NCBI GenBank assembly: GCA_038825875.1
Contig: JAWBOS010000001.1
Span: 14,881-78,880, forward strand
Length of the DNA stretch: 64,000 nucleotides
From: Candidatus Woesearchaeota archaeon
GTDB lineage: Archaea > Nanobdellota > Nanobdellia > Woesearchaeales > JAWBMQ01
Direction of reading: 5' to 3'
The position numbers were made by a program, and so were the translations under genes. Shown one piece after another: positions 29,794 to 43,973 of this stretch; position 1 is the first letter of the stretch; every line of letters starts with the position of its first letter. The notes beneath the pieces are model-generated. The model was given only the letters and a program-made list of their open reading frames with translations. It did not search any database and was not told where the DNA came from.

Positions 29794-30180
29794 TTATTCC
29801 TCTAACTTTTTTATTCTTTCATCCAAAAGCCTTAAGCTTTCATAAAGTTTATCCATTCTAGATTTTCTTTCTGGTTTTTTAGAAGATTTTTCTAATTTCT
29901 CTTCCTTCTCTTCCACATCTTCTATCATAGTTTCTACTATCGGCATTTTTTCTAATAGTCTTGCAGAGATCTGTTCAATTTCCTTTAATTTTTGTTGAAG
30001 TTCAGAAACTTTATTTAACAATTGTTCTCTAATTAAATTTACTTTTTCATGATAGAGAAGATTTTGAACCAAAAACTTTGAAGAATATAATATTGATTTC
30101 CTCAACTCTATAGGATCCTCTATAATTATAAATCTTGTTTCTTCTGATTTATTGCGGGATTTTTCTGATTTCTTTGCCAT
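29794..30180 (-). CDS. Coiled-coil protein, unknown function
   Basis: 128 aa, basic N-terminus, long heptad-like helix, K/E-rich C-terminus. Confidence 0.35.
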   Translation of the reverse strand: MAKKSEKSRNKSEETRFIIIEDPIELRKSILYSSKFLVQNLLYHEKVNLIREQLLNKVSELQQKLKEIEQISARLLEKMPIVETMIEDVEEKEEKLEKSSKKPERKSRMDKLYESLRLLDERIKKLEE

Positions 30181-30184
30181 TTTA

Positions 30185-30397
30185 TCACTCTAATACACTT
30201 TTAATAATCCTCAATTTATCCTCTACCTCTTTTAAAGTATCATGCCAAGCATCAATTTCCTTTTTTTCTTCAAGATGAAGATCATTAATCTCATTCAAAA
30301 GGTTCTTTGCTTCCAAGAATTTGTTCTCCAAAACTCTCACGAGATCCTTAATTTCTTCATAATCCTTTATTTGAATAAACAATGGTTTTTTCATCAT
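30185..30397 (-). CDS. Small coiled-coil protein, unknown function
   Basis: 70 aa, single long amphipathic helix; 4-nt spacing from neighbours in a three-gene operon. Confidence 0.35.
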   Translation of the reverse strand: MMKKPLFIQIKDYEEIKDLVRVLENKFLEAKNLLNEINDLHLEEKKEIDAWHDTLKEVEDKLRIIKSVLE

Positions 30398-30405
30398 CTT
30401 TCACC

Positions 30406-31065
30406 TCAATCTTTAAAAATCTGTTTATCTAATCTCAAAATCTCTCTATTTAGTTCATCAATCATTATTCCATAGTTCTCAGCTAACACTGAAAACTTAT
30501 TCTCTGTAACAAACAATTCCAATGCCTTTAACCATGATTGAACGATATAATTTGAATCTTTTATTGCTAAGTAAAGAGAAGCATAATTTTTTGAATTTAC
30601 AAAGAGCACATCATCCTCCACAAATTTGTTTAATCCATAAGGTTCTTCTAGAAGGATTGGTGTTTTCTGTTCTAAACTTTTTTCTTGCAGAACCGAATCT
30701 TTAGGCTCAGGAACTTTCTGATTATATGTTTGTAAAGGTGGTAAACGTGGTAATTTCATTTGAGACTGTTCTGGCATATATGGTTCTTGCTTAGAGGATT
30801 CTTGCAAAGTAGTGGGCTTTGAAGGTTCGGACATTTTTGTAGTTTCTAAAGAGTCGGGTATTTTATTTATTGAAAGTTCTTGACTTGTTTGATTTTGAAC
30901 CATTGTGCTTTGGTTTTTTTGACCCCACAAAGAATCTGCAGAAGGTAAAGGAGGCAGTGGAATTTCAGAACTCGGCAGTTGCTGAGTTTCTGTAGTTGAT
31001 GCTTTCACAGGATTAGATTCTTCTAGCTTTTCTTTCTTTTTTCCTAAAAATCCTAAAAACCCCAT
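30406..31065 (-). CDS. Hypothetical protein: N-terminal amphipathic MGFLGFLGKKK, Pro/Gln/Ser-rich low-complexity linker, C-terminal helical domain
   Basis: Composition and layout only; first gene of the coiled-coil trio operon. Confidence 0.4.
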   Translation of the reverse strand: MGFLGFLGKKKEKLEESNPVKASTTETQQLPSSEIPLPPLPSADSLWGQKNQSTMVQNQTSQELSINKIPDSLETTKMSEPSKPTTLQESSKQEPYMPEQSQMKLPRLPPLQTYNQKVPEPKDSVLQEKSLEQKTPILLEEPYGLNKFVEDDVLFVNSKNYASLYLAIKDSNYIVQSWLKALELFVTENKFSVLAENYGIMIDELNREILRLDKQIFKD

Positions 31066-31163
31066 GATAGTTAGATTAAAATATATTTATATATAAAATT
31101 TTTTTATCACCTTGAAATAACTAAAAAGATGATTTAATACAAAAACATAAAAAAAAGAACTGA

Positions 31164-32399
<1,236 letters not shown>

Positions 32400-32421
32400 T
32401 AACTCAATTCAATAATAAAAA

Positions 32422-33063
32422 ATGACTAATACTGAATATATAAGAACATATATCCTCAAAAAGATAGAATCTGAAATAGATGATTTGCAAATAAATGTGA
32501 TTTTTTCTGGAAGAAACTTCAACATATCACTCATAAAAAAGCAGAAAACACTCACAATAAGAATTGGTAGAAGATGGAAAAATATTAGCGAAAAAATTAT
32601 AATTGGTGGGATAGAACTACTTCTAAAAAAGATTTTTAAGGGATATGAAATTAACAAAGATTTAGTTGAACTGTATGATTCTTTCATAAAAAATCTCTCT
32701 GACTTGGAAACTGTGAAGTATACTGATGATAGGTTAAAACATTTATACGAAGAATTAAATTTGAAGTATTTTAATAATGAACTTTCTGAAACAAATCTGA
32801 TTTGGAAAGGAAAAAGTAAGAGCATTGTTGCAACATACAATTACCTTACAAACACAATAAAAATAAATGAAAAATTCAAAAATGCAAGTGATGAAGTACT
32901 TAAATACATTCTATATCATGAGATGCTTCATAAATACTTGAAGTTTCATGGCACAGAGAGAAAAATACATCACACCAAACAATTCACAATGCTTGAAAAA
33001 AGTTATCCTAATGCTGAAAAATTGGAAAAAGAGATTAAAAAAATTCTAAAAAATCAAGGCTAA
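32422..33063 (+). CDS. YgjP/SprT-like (DUF45) zinc metallohydrolase
   Basis: C-terminal HEMLH (HExxH) followed by H..F, as in the DUF45/M48-like family. Confidence 0.5.
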   Translation: MTNTEYIRTYILKKIESEIDDLQINVIFSGRNFNISLIKKQKTLTIRIGRRWKNISEKIIIGGIELLLKKIFKGYEINKDLVELYDSFIKNLSDLETVKYTDDRLKHLYEELNLKYFNNELSETNLIWKGKSKSIVATYNYLTNTIKINEKFKNASDEVLKYILYHEMLHKYLKFHGTERKIHHTKQFTMLEKSYPNAEKLEKEIKKILKNQG

Positions 33064-33914
33064 ATTTGATTAGCCTCTTTTTCTAATTCTTCAAAAAGCT
33101 TATTTGCAATGAAGTTTTTATCACCAAATACATCTTTCTTAATACATATTGAAAGTTTATTTGCTAATTTTCTTGCCATTTTTCCCTTATCCTTTACCTT
33201 AGCAACAAGAGGATGAGCATATAAAAAACCATATTTGGGAGGTTTTGAACCTGTTTTTAAGAATCTAAACATTGCCTTTTCAGCTCCTAGTGTTTGTAAA
33301 GTTGATGAAGGCATTAAAGCTAATTCTCTCAGACTGCCAGCAACATTAAGCATTCTTGCAGCAATAGTGGGCCTTGCTAGATATGCAAAATTTGGAGCTA
33401 TCTCGCTCATAATCCGCTCGATTTCCAACTTAAGGGTATCTTCAAACTTCTGAAACGTTTCAAATTGATCAATCATAGAATAGAATCCTATCAAGTCCTT
33501 TGTATCAAAATTTCCTCCTAACTCGGTTTCTCTTTTTACTTCTTTAACTTTACGAATAATACTCTCAATGCTGTTTTCCTTTATTTCTGGCCAAAAGATT
33601 TCAATAAAATCTCTTATCCTTTTTCCAATGATGTTCTTTATCTTTGTCAAATCGTCGTACATTTTGATGTATTCTTTAACTAAATCTTCTTTTGTATACT
33701 TTTCGGATATCTTTTTTGAAGTAAATTTTAAAACATCTTTCTGAGAAACCTGAAATTTTAACATTTGCCTTAATATTTTTATCTCCTTATCACTCAAAGA
33801 GTAATAGTCCAGTTTATTAAACAAAACTGCATCTTCTGGAATTGTTTGAGAAGTGTATATTTTTCCATCTTCAAAGATGACAATATTGTTAAGTCTAACT
33901 AACGCATATTTCAT
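33060..33914 (-). CDS. nop5: Nop5/Nop56/58-family C/D box snoRNP protein (short, 284 aa)
   Basis: Nop domain ..FAYLARPTIAARMLNVAGSLRELALMPSSTLQTLGAEKAMFRFLKTGSKPPKYGFLYAHPLV; N-terminal fibrillarin-binding-like domain present, coiled-coil region short. Confidence 0.8.
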   Translation of the reverse strand: MKYALVRLNNIVIFEDGKIYTSQTIPEDAVLFNKLDYYSLSDKEIKILRQMLKFQVSQKDVLKFTSKKISEKYTKEDLVKEYIKMYDDLTKIKNIIGKRIRDFIEIFWPEIKENSIESIIRKVKEVKRETELGGNFDTKDLIGFYSMIDQFETFQKFEDTLKLEIERIMSEIAPNFAYLARPTIAARMLNVAGSLRELALMPSSTLQTLGAEKAMFRFLKTGSKPPKYGFLYAHPLVAKVKDKGKMARKLANKLSICIKKDVFGDKNFIANKLFEELEKEANQI

Positions 33915-33976
33915 GTCTTTTAAAAAATTTGGGAAATATATAAAATTTTATATATGATGGATTTTTCTTTTTTCTA

Positions 33977-34633
33977 ATGAAAAGTTTGAGGAATCTCCTA
34001 ATTCAAGGTAAAAAAGTTTATACTAAAAACAAAACGCCCGGAAAATCTGTTTATGGAGAAAAACTGATAAATTTTAATGGCATAGAGTATCGTATTTGGG
34101 ATCCTGAAAAAAGCAAGATATGTGCTGCATTCCTTAAGGGCCTTGAAATAGAACTAAAACCTGAAGATAAGATTCTATACTTAGGTGCTGCAAGTGGTAC
34201 AACCATAAGTCATCTTTCTGATCTTTTGGAAAATGGTAAGATCTTTGGAGTTGAGATTTCTGCCAGGGTTTTAGCAAATTTAGTTTTACTTTCAAAAGAG
34301 AGAGACAATATTTTCCCAATTCTAGCAGATGCAAACAATCCTTTGGAATATGTTAACATTGTTCCATTAGTTGACGTCGTTTTCCAGGATGTAGCCCAAA
34401 AGAACCAACTAGAAATTTTCTTAAAGAATTGCAGGATTTTTTTAAAAGAAAGTGGAATTGGGATCCTTGCATTAAAAACAAGAAGCATTGATGTAAGCAA
34501 AAAACCTTCAGATATTCATCAAGCTGTTTTAAGGGAACTTAAAAACCATTTTGAAACTGTAGAATTTGTAAATCTAGAACCATTTGAAAAAGATCATTAT
34601 GCATATCTTTGCAAGAACTTTAAGATGTTTTAA
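33977..34633 (+). CDS. flpA: Fibrillarin (rRNA/tRNA 2'-O-methyltransferase)
   Basis: GEKLINFNGIEYRIWDPEKSKICAA..LYLGAASGTTISHLSD SAM-MTase motif I; typical length. Confidence 0.9.
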   Translation: MKSLRNLLIQGKKVYTKNKTPGKSVYGEKLINFNGIEYRIWDPEKSKICAAFLKGLEIELKPEDKILYLGAASGTTISHLSDLLENGKIFGVEISARVLANLVLLSKERDNIFPILADANNPLEYVNIVPLVDVVFQDVAQKNQLEIFLKNCRIFLKESGIGILALKTRSIDVSKKPSDIHQAVLRELKNHFETVEFVNLEPFEKDHYAYLCKNFKMF

Positions 34634-35227
34634 TTACTTCTTCTGTGATTCTTGTTCTTTTTTAGAACCTGTGGTCGGTTCTCTTACAACTAACCAAATC
34701 GCTCCTAGGGTTAAAGCAAGCATTAAAATGCCATAAAAAACATCTTCCCAATCTATGCTTATCCTTCCAAAAAGAAGCCTTAAAAAATTGATATTGGGAT
34801 TTGAAAGAATTTCATTAAAATCAATGACCATAAAAAGTATGACACCCACAGAAACAAAAACCGCAATGAGAAACCATTTCCTGTATTTAGGATCAATCTT
34901 AAATTGATCTTCTCCACTATAACCGTATAAAGATGCTGCAAGAATAACTAACAAAGAGATTATTATGAAAATAATCATAACTTTGGGAATAAAAGAAACT
35001 AAAAAGGAAACTGCCTTAGCTGAAGAAATTACCAAGAATGCAATGCTAAACGCCACGATAGCATTTAGATTTTTCTTTCTTACTGTTTCTGTTTTTGTAA
35101 AATAGCCAAGTATGTTAGTCCTATCCAGTACAGCATAAAGTAATGTAAAAATAAGCAAAAATGGTAAAATCACATCAAAGAATCCTAACCTTGCCAAAAA
35201 AAGTAGTGAATTTCCAAAAGCACTCAT
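34634..35227 (-). CDS. Polytopic membrane protein, unknown
   Basis: 197 aa, about 5 predicted TM helices. Confidence 0.4.
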   Translation of the reverse strand: MSAFGNSLLFLARLGFFDVILPFLLIFTLLYAVLDRTNILGYFTKTETVRKKNLNAIVAFSIAFLVISSAKAVSFLVSFIPKVMIIFIIISLLVILAASLYGYSGEDQFKIDPKYRKWFLIAVFVSVGVILFMVIDFNEILSNPNINFLRLLFGRISIDWEDVFYGILMLALTLGAIWLVVREPTTGSKKEQESQKK

Positions 35228-35282
35228 AATAACTCTTTAGACAAATAAATTTATAAATTTTGCTTACCATACATTAACTATC

Positions 35283-35927
35283 ATGAACTACGAAAATGTT
35301 GAATTGCACTGGTTAGGTCATGCCACATTTCTCATAAAATGGCAAAATCTTAGAATATTTATAGATCCATTTAAATTAAAGGATAATGTAAAAAAGGATG
35401 CTGATTATGTATTTATTACTCATTCTCACTATGATCACCTTAGTTTAGATGATCTTTCAAAGATGAACATAAAAACGATTGTTGCACCTGTAGATTGCAT
35501 GAGTAAGTTAAGACGATTATCAAGTGAATTAATCCTTGTACATCCTAATGAAGAGCACAAACTAAAATATTTCTCCTTTAAAACTGTACCTGCATATAAT
35601 AATCAAAAGGATTTTCATCCAAAAATAAATGAATGGGTTGGATACTTATTAATGCTTGATAATATAAGTATTTATCATGCAGGTGATACAGATACAATTC
35701 ATGAGATGTCAAATCTTACTGGTAAAGTAGACATTGCTTTGCTTCCTATTGGAGGCACTTACACTATGGATGCAGAAGATGCAAGTTATGCAGCAAAGTT
35801 AATCAAACCTAAGATCCTAATTCCTATGCACTACGGTAAGATTGTTGGAAGTAGGAAAGATGTTGAAAAATTAAGAGAATTATTAAAAAATGAAAAAATT
35901 GAAATTATAGAACTAGAAGAGGAATAG
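35283..35927 (+). CDS. Metallo-beta-lactamase-fold hydrolase (UPF0173-like)
   Basis: LGHATFLI, HxHxDH motif ITHSHYDHL, downstream His/Asp ligands. Confidence 0.75.
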   Translation: MNYENVELHWLGHATFLIKWQNLRIFIDPFKLKDNVKKDADYVFITHSHYDHLSLDDLSKMNIKTIVAPVDCMSKLRRLSSELILVHPNEEHKLKYFSFKTVPAYNNQKDFHPKINEWVGYLLMLDNISIYHAGDTDTIHEMSNLTGKVDIALLPIGGTYTMDAEDASYAAKLIKPKILIPMHYGKIVGSRKDVEKLRELLKNEKIEIIELEEE

Positions 35928-35950
35928 CAAATTCTTTTAGGCTATTCTTG

Positions 35951-36937
35951 CTATTCTTTAGGATGCTCAAAAGTCAAATATTTAGTTATTTCATCTCTTA
36001 TTAAGGGGTTTAACTCCATAGGTCTAACAAGTGCCATATAGAAAAAAGTAAAATACACAGTTTTAACGCCACTAATGAAGTTTTTCATAACATCTGCTAT
36101 AACAATAGCAATTATTACAAAAACAATTAGAGGTATAGCTGATATTTTAAGCGCTCCAATTGAAAAAACCAGAGCATTGGAAATCATAGCAACTAGAATC
36201 CCTAAAACAAAAGAAAGAGCCAAAAAAACCAAGAAAATTCCACCTAGTAGCATTACCATTACTTGTCCCATAAAATCCAAGCCTAATACTCCTACTATTG
36301 TTGCAGGAATGTTTCTTTTTACTTCTTTAAGTCTAAAAACAACCTCTTTTAAAGATTTCTGTTCAATTATCATTGCAGGAATCAAGAAATGTTTAGCAAG
36401 ATCCCAAACTTCCAAAATAAAAGAAAAAAACATTAGCAATAAAACATTAATAAAATTACTTCTTTTGTTTGAATTTTTTGTATTTGCATGAGATAATAAA
36501 TAGTCAACAAAGGCTATTGTAATCATAGATCCAGTATGTTTGAATTCCTTAGCAGCATCAGATAATGCAACTTTATCTCCTTTAGCGAACTTATAAGCAT
36601 AAGCAGATATCAAAAATTTTTGTCTAACAGAATAATAGAAACTGAAGGGGTATAAAACAAAAAGATCAATTAATAAGAAAATTAATCCAAGGAGGAAATA
36701 ACTTGGAAAAAAGACAAGAATCAGAATTGAAACCAATAACATTAAAAGAACTATTAATGACATAATACTCATATTTATTATAGGTCTAAAAATTTCTAGT
36801 TTATTTCCAAATAGAAGAAACGTATGCTTTAACAAATAAATTGTATCAGAAAATTTTTCTTTTGTAGTTTTTCCTTGAAGGCTCTTATAAAAGGATTGTG
36901 GAAATTCCATGAGTTTCAATAAAAGTAAAGTAAACAA
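35951..36937 (-). CDS. Polytopic membrane protein, unknown
   Basis: 328 aa, multiple TM helices; antisense ORF 36075..36491 considered spurious. Confidence 0.4.
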   Translation of the reverse strand: MFTLLLLKLMEFPQSFYKSLQGKTTKEKFSDTIYLLKHTFLLFGNKLEIFRPIINMSIMSLIVLLMLLVSILILVFFPSYFLLGLIFLLIDLFVLYPFSFYYSVRQKFLISAYAYKFAKGDKVALSDAAKEFKHTGSMITIAFVDYLLSHANTKNSNKRSNFINVLLLMFFSFILEVWDLAKHFLIPAMIIEQKSLKEVVFRLKEVKRNIPATIVGVLGLDFMGQVMVMLLGGIFLVFLALSFVLGILVAMISNALVFSIGALKISAIPLIVFVIIAIVIADVMKNFISGVKTVYFTFFYMALVRPMELNPLIRDEITKYLTFEHPKE

Positions 36938-36996
36938 TTTAAAAATTTATTGTTTATGCTTCGTTAGTTTAAAAATAGTTTAAAAATTATTAAAGA

Positions 36997-37944
36997 TCAT
37001 TCAGATTTGTGCTTTAAAACACTTAACATCGCTCTGATTCGTTCTGAAATCTCATTAATAGTGTTCTGATCATAAATCATACAAACAATTCCTTTCTCAT
37101 CCTTTGAAAAATTATTAACATACTTCTTCTGAATTCTATGATACTCCTTCAAGAAATACATGTAGTTATCTGCTAAAATCTCAATATCCTTATATGGGTA
37201 AATTAGATCTCCTAAAAAATACAATCTATCCACAGTATTGGTTGGCAATGCCAAAAGCAGGTTAGCATCATCTTGGGATTTTAGTATTTTTATTAACCGA
37301 TAAGCAATATCATACTGTACGCTTCTCAGTGGACCATACTTGAAGCCCCATCTAACATTATTATCATAAAAAATTGTTCTATCCTTTAGATTATAGTGAG
37401 TAATTCTTTCTCCCTTAAAGTTTGCCCAGCCTTTTTCAAGAATTCTCATCACATAGCCTCTTTTTTCTTTTATTTTAGATTTTATTTTGCTGTATTCTTC
37501 TTTTAATTCATTAAAAAACTTCTTCTTTTCTAGCACAAATCTGTCATAATTACCGTTCAAAAACAATAGATCTATTACGCGCATTGGAAAAACTCGATGC
37601 TCATCATTCATATATAAATAAGATTTCTGATCGATTCTTTTAAATTCTACAGCAGGATGAAAAACATTACTAAAGGTATTAACTAAATCCATATAGTATT
37701 TTTCATTTGAACAATCATTTAGCAGTACTATTAATTCTATTTTTGATGCATAGCCTTTCTCAAGTCTTGCATCACTACCTACTGTACAAATCGCATCGTT
37801 ATCGCATTGAAGAAGTTTCTTGAATTCTTCTAACACTCTAAGATTCTTTTCTTTTATTTTTAAATAGTAATCTTGATAAGGTTGTTCAAAAGATACCTGA
37901 TGTGACAATGCATCTATTAGATTTGAGATCTCATAATGAACCAT
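36997..37944 (-). CDS. Hypothetical protein with possible Pol-beta-superfamily nucleotidyltransferase fold
   Basis: TVGSDARLEKGYASKIELIV loosely fits hG[GS]x9-13[DE]h[DE]h; the acidic pair is incomplete. Confidence 0.3.
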   Translation of the reverse strand: MVHYEISNLIDALSHQVSFEQPYQDYYLKIKEKNLRVLEEFKKLLQCDNDAICTVGSDARLEKGYASKIELIVLLNDCSNEKYYMDLVNTFSNVFHPAVEFKRIDQKSYLYMNDEHRVFPMRVIDLLFLNGNYDRFVLEKKKFFNELKEEYSKIKSKIKEKRGYVMRILEKGWANFKGERITHYNLKDRTIFYDNNVRWGFKYGPLRSVQYDIAYRLIKILKSQDDANLLLALPTNTVDRLYFLGDLIYPYKDIEILADNYMYFLKEYHRIQKKYVNNFSKDEKGIVCMIYDQNTINEISERIRAMLSVLKHKSE

Positions 37945-38056
37945 GGGTGTTATGATTTTAAAAGATATTTATATTTTTTGCTACAAAATGATGGTAAAAG
38001 ATAGTAAAAGGAAAAATCCAAAAAATTTATATATAAGTTCCTAATATAATAATATG

Positions 38057-38077
38057 TTGTCAAGTTAAACTTGACAA
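38057..38077. promoter_or_regulatory. Perfect inverted repeat TTGTCAAGT-taa-ACTTGACAA between an A/T-rich TATA-like element (TAATATAATAATA) and the hsp20 RBS: candidate heat-shock operator
   Basis: 9-bp arms are exact reverse complements; located about 12-32 nt upstream of the hsp20 ATG. Confidence 0.4.
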
Positions 38078-38088
38078 GGGGTGAGACC

Positions 38089-38529
38089 ATGAGAAGAAAA
38101 CCCTTTGATGAAGACTTTTTTGACATTTTTGATGCATTTACTAGGAGATTTTTTAGAGGTTTTAGAGACTTTGAGGATTTTTTTGAGGATGAATCCGGCA
38201 TGAGCAGCAGAAATATAGTGTATGACATAACAGAAGATGAAAACAACGTTTATGTAAGCATTGAATTGCCGGGGGTGGAAAAAGAAGACATTGATTTGAG
38301 AGTTGATCCTGATGCAATTGAACTAAAGGTAGAATCAAAGAAAGAATCTAGTGAAGAAAAGGAAGGGTTCAGAAGCTCCAGAAGAAGTTTTTTCAAGATT
38401 TATCGAAGATTCACATTGCCTGTAGAAGTTGACCCAGACAAAGCAAAAGCAACCTACAAGAATGGAGTGCTTGAGATTGTAGCTCCAAAAGTAAGTGAAA
38501 GGGGCAAGAAAAAGATAAATATTGAGTAA
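38089..38529 (+). CDS. hsp20: Small heat shock protein (Hsp20/alpha-crystallin family)
   Basis: Alpha-crystallin domain ..YVSIELPGVEKEDIDLRVD..LEIVAPKV; ATG at 38089 preceded by GGGGTGAG RBS (the ORF track's upstream TTG extension is unlikely). Confidence 0.85.
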   Translation: MRRKPFDEDFFDIFDAFTRRFFRGFRDFEDFFEDESGMSSRNIVYDITEDENNVYVSIELPGVEKEDIDLRVDPDAIELKVESKKESSEEKEGFRSSRRSFFKIYRRFTLPVEVDPDKAKATYKNGVLEIVAPKVSERGKKKINIE

Positions 38530-38628
38530 ACTTTGTCCATTTATTTTTTTATATTTTTTGTTGGGCGTTCATTTAAGCTGTTTATTAATCTTTTATAATT
38601 GGTTATGTTCATATTTCATCTCATCTTT

Positions 38629-38645
38629 TCATCTATGATAGATGA
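38629..38645. promoter_or_regulatory. Perfect palindrome TCATCTAT-g-ATAGATGA about 40 nt upstream of the cdc48 start and about 30 nt downstream of a TTTTATAATT TATA-like element: candidate operator of the cdc48-groES-groEL operon
   Basis: 8-bp arms are exact reverse complements with a 1-nt spacer; position is consistent with overlap of the transcription start site. Confidence 0.4.
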
Positions 38646-38663
38646 GAACTAAAGTTTAGATAA

Positions 38664-40985
<2,322 letters not shown>

Positions 40986-41002
40986 ATTTAGGGGGTGAGA
41001 AG

Positions 41003-41272
41003 ATGAAATTAAAAGCATTAGGTGATCGTGTAATTTTAAAAGTTATTGAAGAAAAAGAAAAACAATTACCAAGTGGCTTATATGTCCCTGAAACAGCTCA
41101 GGAGAAAAGTATTGTAGGTGAAGTACTTGATGTTGGTGAGGATGAGAGTATAAAAGTGAAGCCAGGGGACAGAGTGGTATATGATAAATACTCTGGTACT
41201 GAAGTAGAAATAGATGGAGAAAAATATCTTATAGTTAAGTATAAAGATATCTTGGCCAAAATTGAAAAATAA
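41003..41272 (+). CDS. groES: Co-chaperonin GroES (bacterial Hsp10 type)
   Basis: LKALGDRVILKV..mobile loop..GDRVVYDKYSGTEVEIDGEKYLIV; GGGGGTGAG RBS. Confidence 0.9.
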   Translation: MKLKALGDRVILKVIEEKEKQLPSGLYVPETAQEKSIVGEVLDVGEDESIKVKPGDRVVYDKYSGTEVEIDGEKYLIVKYKDILAKIEK

Positions 41273-42898
<1,626 letters not shown>

Positions 42899-43031
42899 AC
42901 TTTTTCTTTTTTATTCTTTTTAATATATTTTTTGATTGTCTTTTTGATTCTATTATAATTACAACTATAATTGCAACAAATTAAAACACCCTAAATTGAG
43001 AAATTCTGAAAAATAAAAATTCTGAAAAATC

Positions 43032-43781
43032 CTAAAGTCTCATCCTTTTAAAAATGTCCGCTAAATCATTAGGCATAAGTACAACAATCTTTTGTGCTGG
43101 ATCTTTCGCTATATCTTTTAAGGTCTGAAGCATTTTTAATTGCAATGTTAAAGGATTCCTAGAAAGTTCTTCTGCTGCAAGTCTCATATTTTTTGCAGAT
43201 TGAAATTCTCCTTCAGAACTTATGATCATTGCTCTTCTATCTCTTTCTGCTTCAGCTTGTTTTGCCATTGCTCTCTTCATACTTTCTGGTAACTCAATTT
43301 CTTGAATTTTTATTGATTGAATATCAATTCCCCATTCATCAGTTTCCTTATCTACAATTTTTCTTATCTCTTCTGCAATTCTTTCTCTTTCTGCAAGAAT
43401 AACGTCCAATTCCTCATTACCAATGATATCCCTAATTGCAGCCTGGGTATATTGTTGCACAGCATAAAAATAATCCTTAACTCTAAGAACTGCCTTTACA
43501 GGATCTATAACTCTGAAGTATACTACAGTATTAACCCTCACAGGAACGTTGTCCTTAGTCATTGCTTCGTGTGGTATAATGTCAACAGTTCTAATTCTTA
43601 AATCAATGATCTCTACTTTTTCAATATATGGAATTATAAGTCTTAAGCCAGGTTTAAGAATTCTTGAAAATTTTCCAAATCTAAAAACAATGCCCACTTG
43701 ATACTCGTATATTATCCTTATTCCAGGAATTACTATAGCTAGAAATACAATAATTATACCAATAATAACTGATGTTATCAT
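43032..43781 (-). CDS. SPFH/Band-7 (stomatin/prohibitin-like) membrane protein
   Basis: N-terminal TM followed by SPFH core and coiled-coil C-terminus. Confidence 0.8.
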   Translation of the reverse strand: MITSVIIGIIIVFLAIVIPGIRIIYEYQVGIVFRFGKFSRILKPGLRLIIPYIEKVEIIDLRIRTVDIIPHEAMTKDNVPVRVNTVVYFRVIDPVKAVLRVKDYFYAVQQYTQAAIRDIIGNEELDVILAERERIAEEIRKIVDKETDEWGIDIQSIKIQEIELPESMKRAMAKQAEAERDRRAMIISSEGEFQSAKNMRLAAEELSRNPLTLQLKMLQTLKDIAKDPAQKIVVLMPNDLADIFKRMRL

Positions 43782-43973
43782 GCGCTCACGTTCAGAATAT
43801 GAACTATTCCATATTTAAATATTTCTAAATATTAGTAAAACTTGAGTAATAAATCATTGAAAAATTTAAAAAGTAAGCAAAAACTTAACATTCAAACAGA
43901 AAAATTTATAAATGTGACAATTTTACTATAAAATGGTGGTTACAATATCAATGCAAAGTATTGATTGATTTGA

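Noticed and set aside
36075-36491. 138-aa plus-strand ORF inside the 35951..36937 membrane-protein gene
   Set aside because: Antisense to a longer ORF with coherent TM-helix pattern; no RBS.
38071-38088. TTG-initiated 5' extension of hsp20 (and GTG extension of cdc48 at 38676)
   Set aside because: Downstream ATGs at 38089 and 38685 have well-spaced GGTGA-type RBSs. Extensions would run through the palindromic operator and RBS.
37950-38246. 98-aa minus-strand ORF overlapping the hsp20 promoter and 5' end
   Set aside because: Low-complexity Ser/Lys-rich; overlaps a well-supported CDS and its regulatory region.
43002-43030. Tandem direct repeat AATTCTGAAAAAT x2 just downstream of the stomatin stop and the groEL stop
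   Set aside because: Each copy reads as an oligo-T tract on the minus strand. Most simply duplicated T-tract terminators in a convergent intergenic region, not a CRISPR or mobile-element signature.
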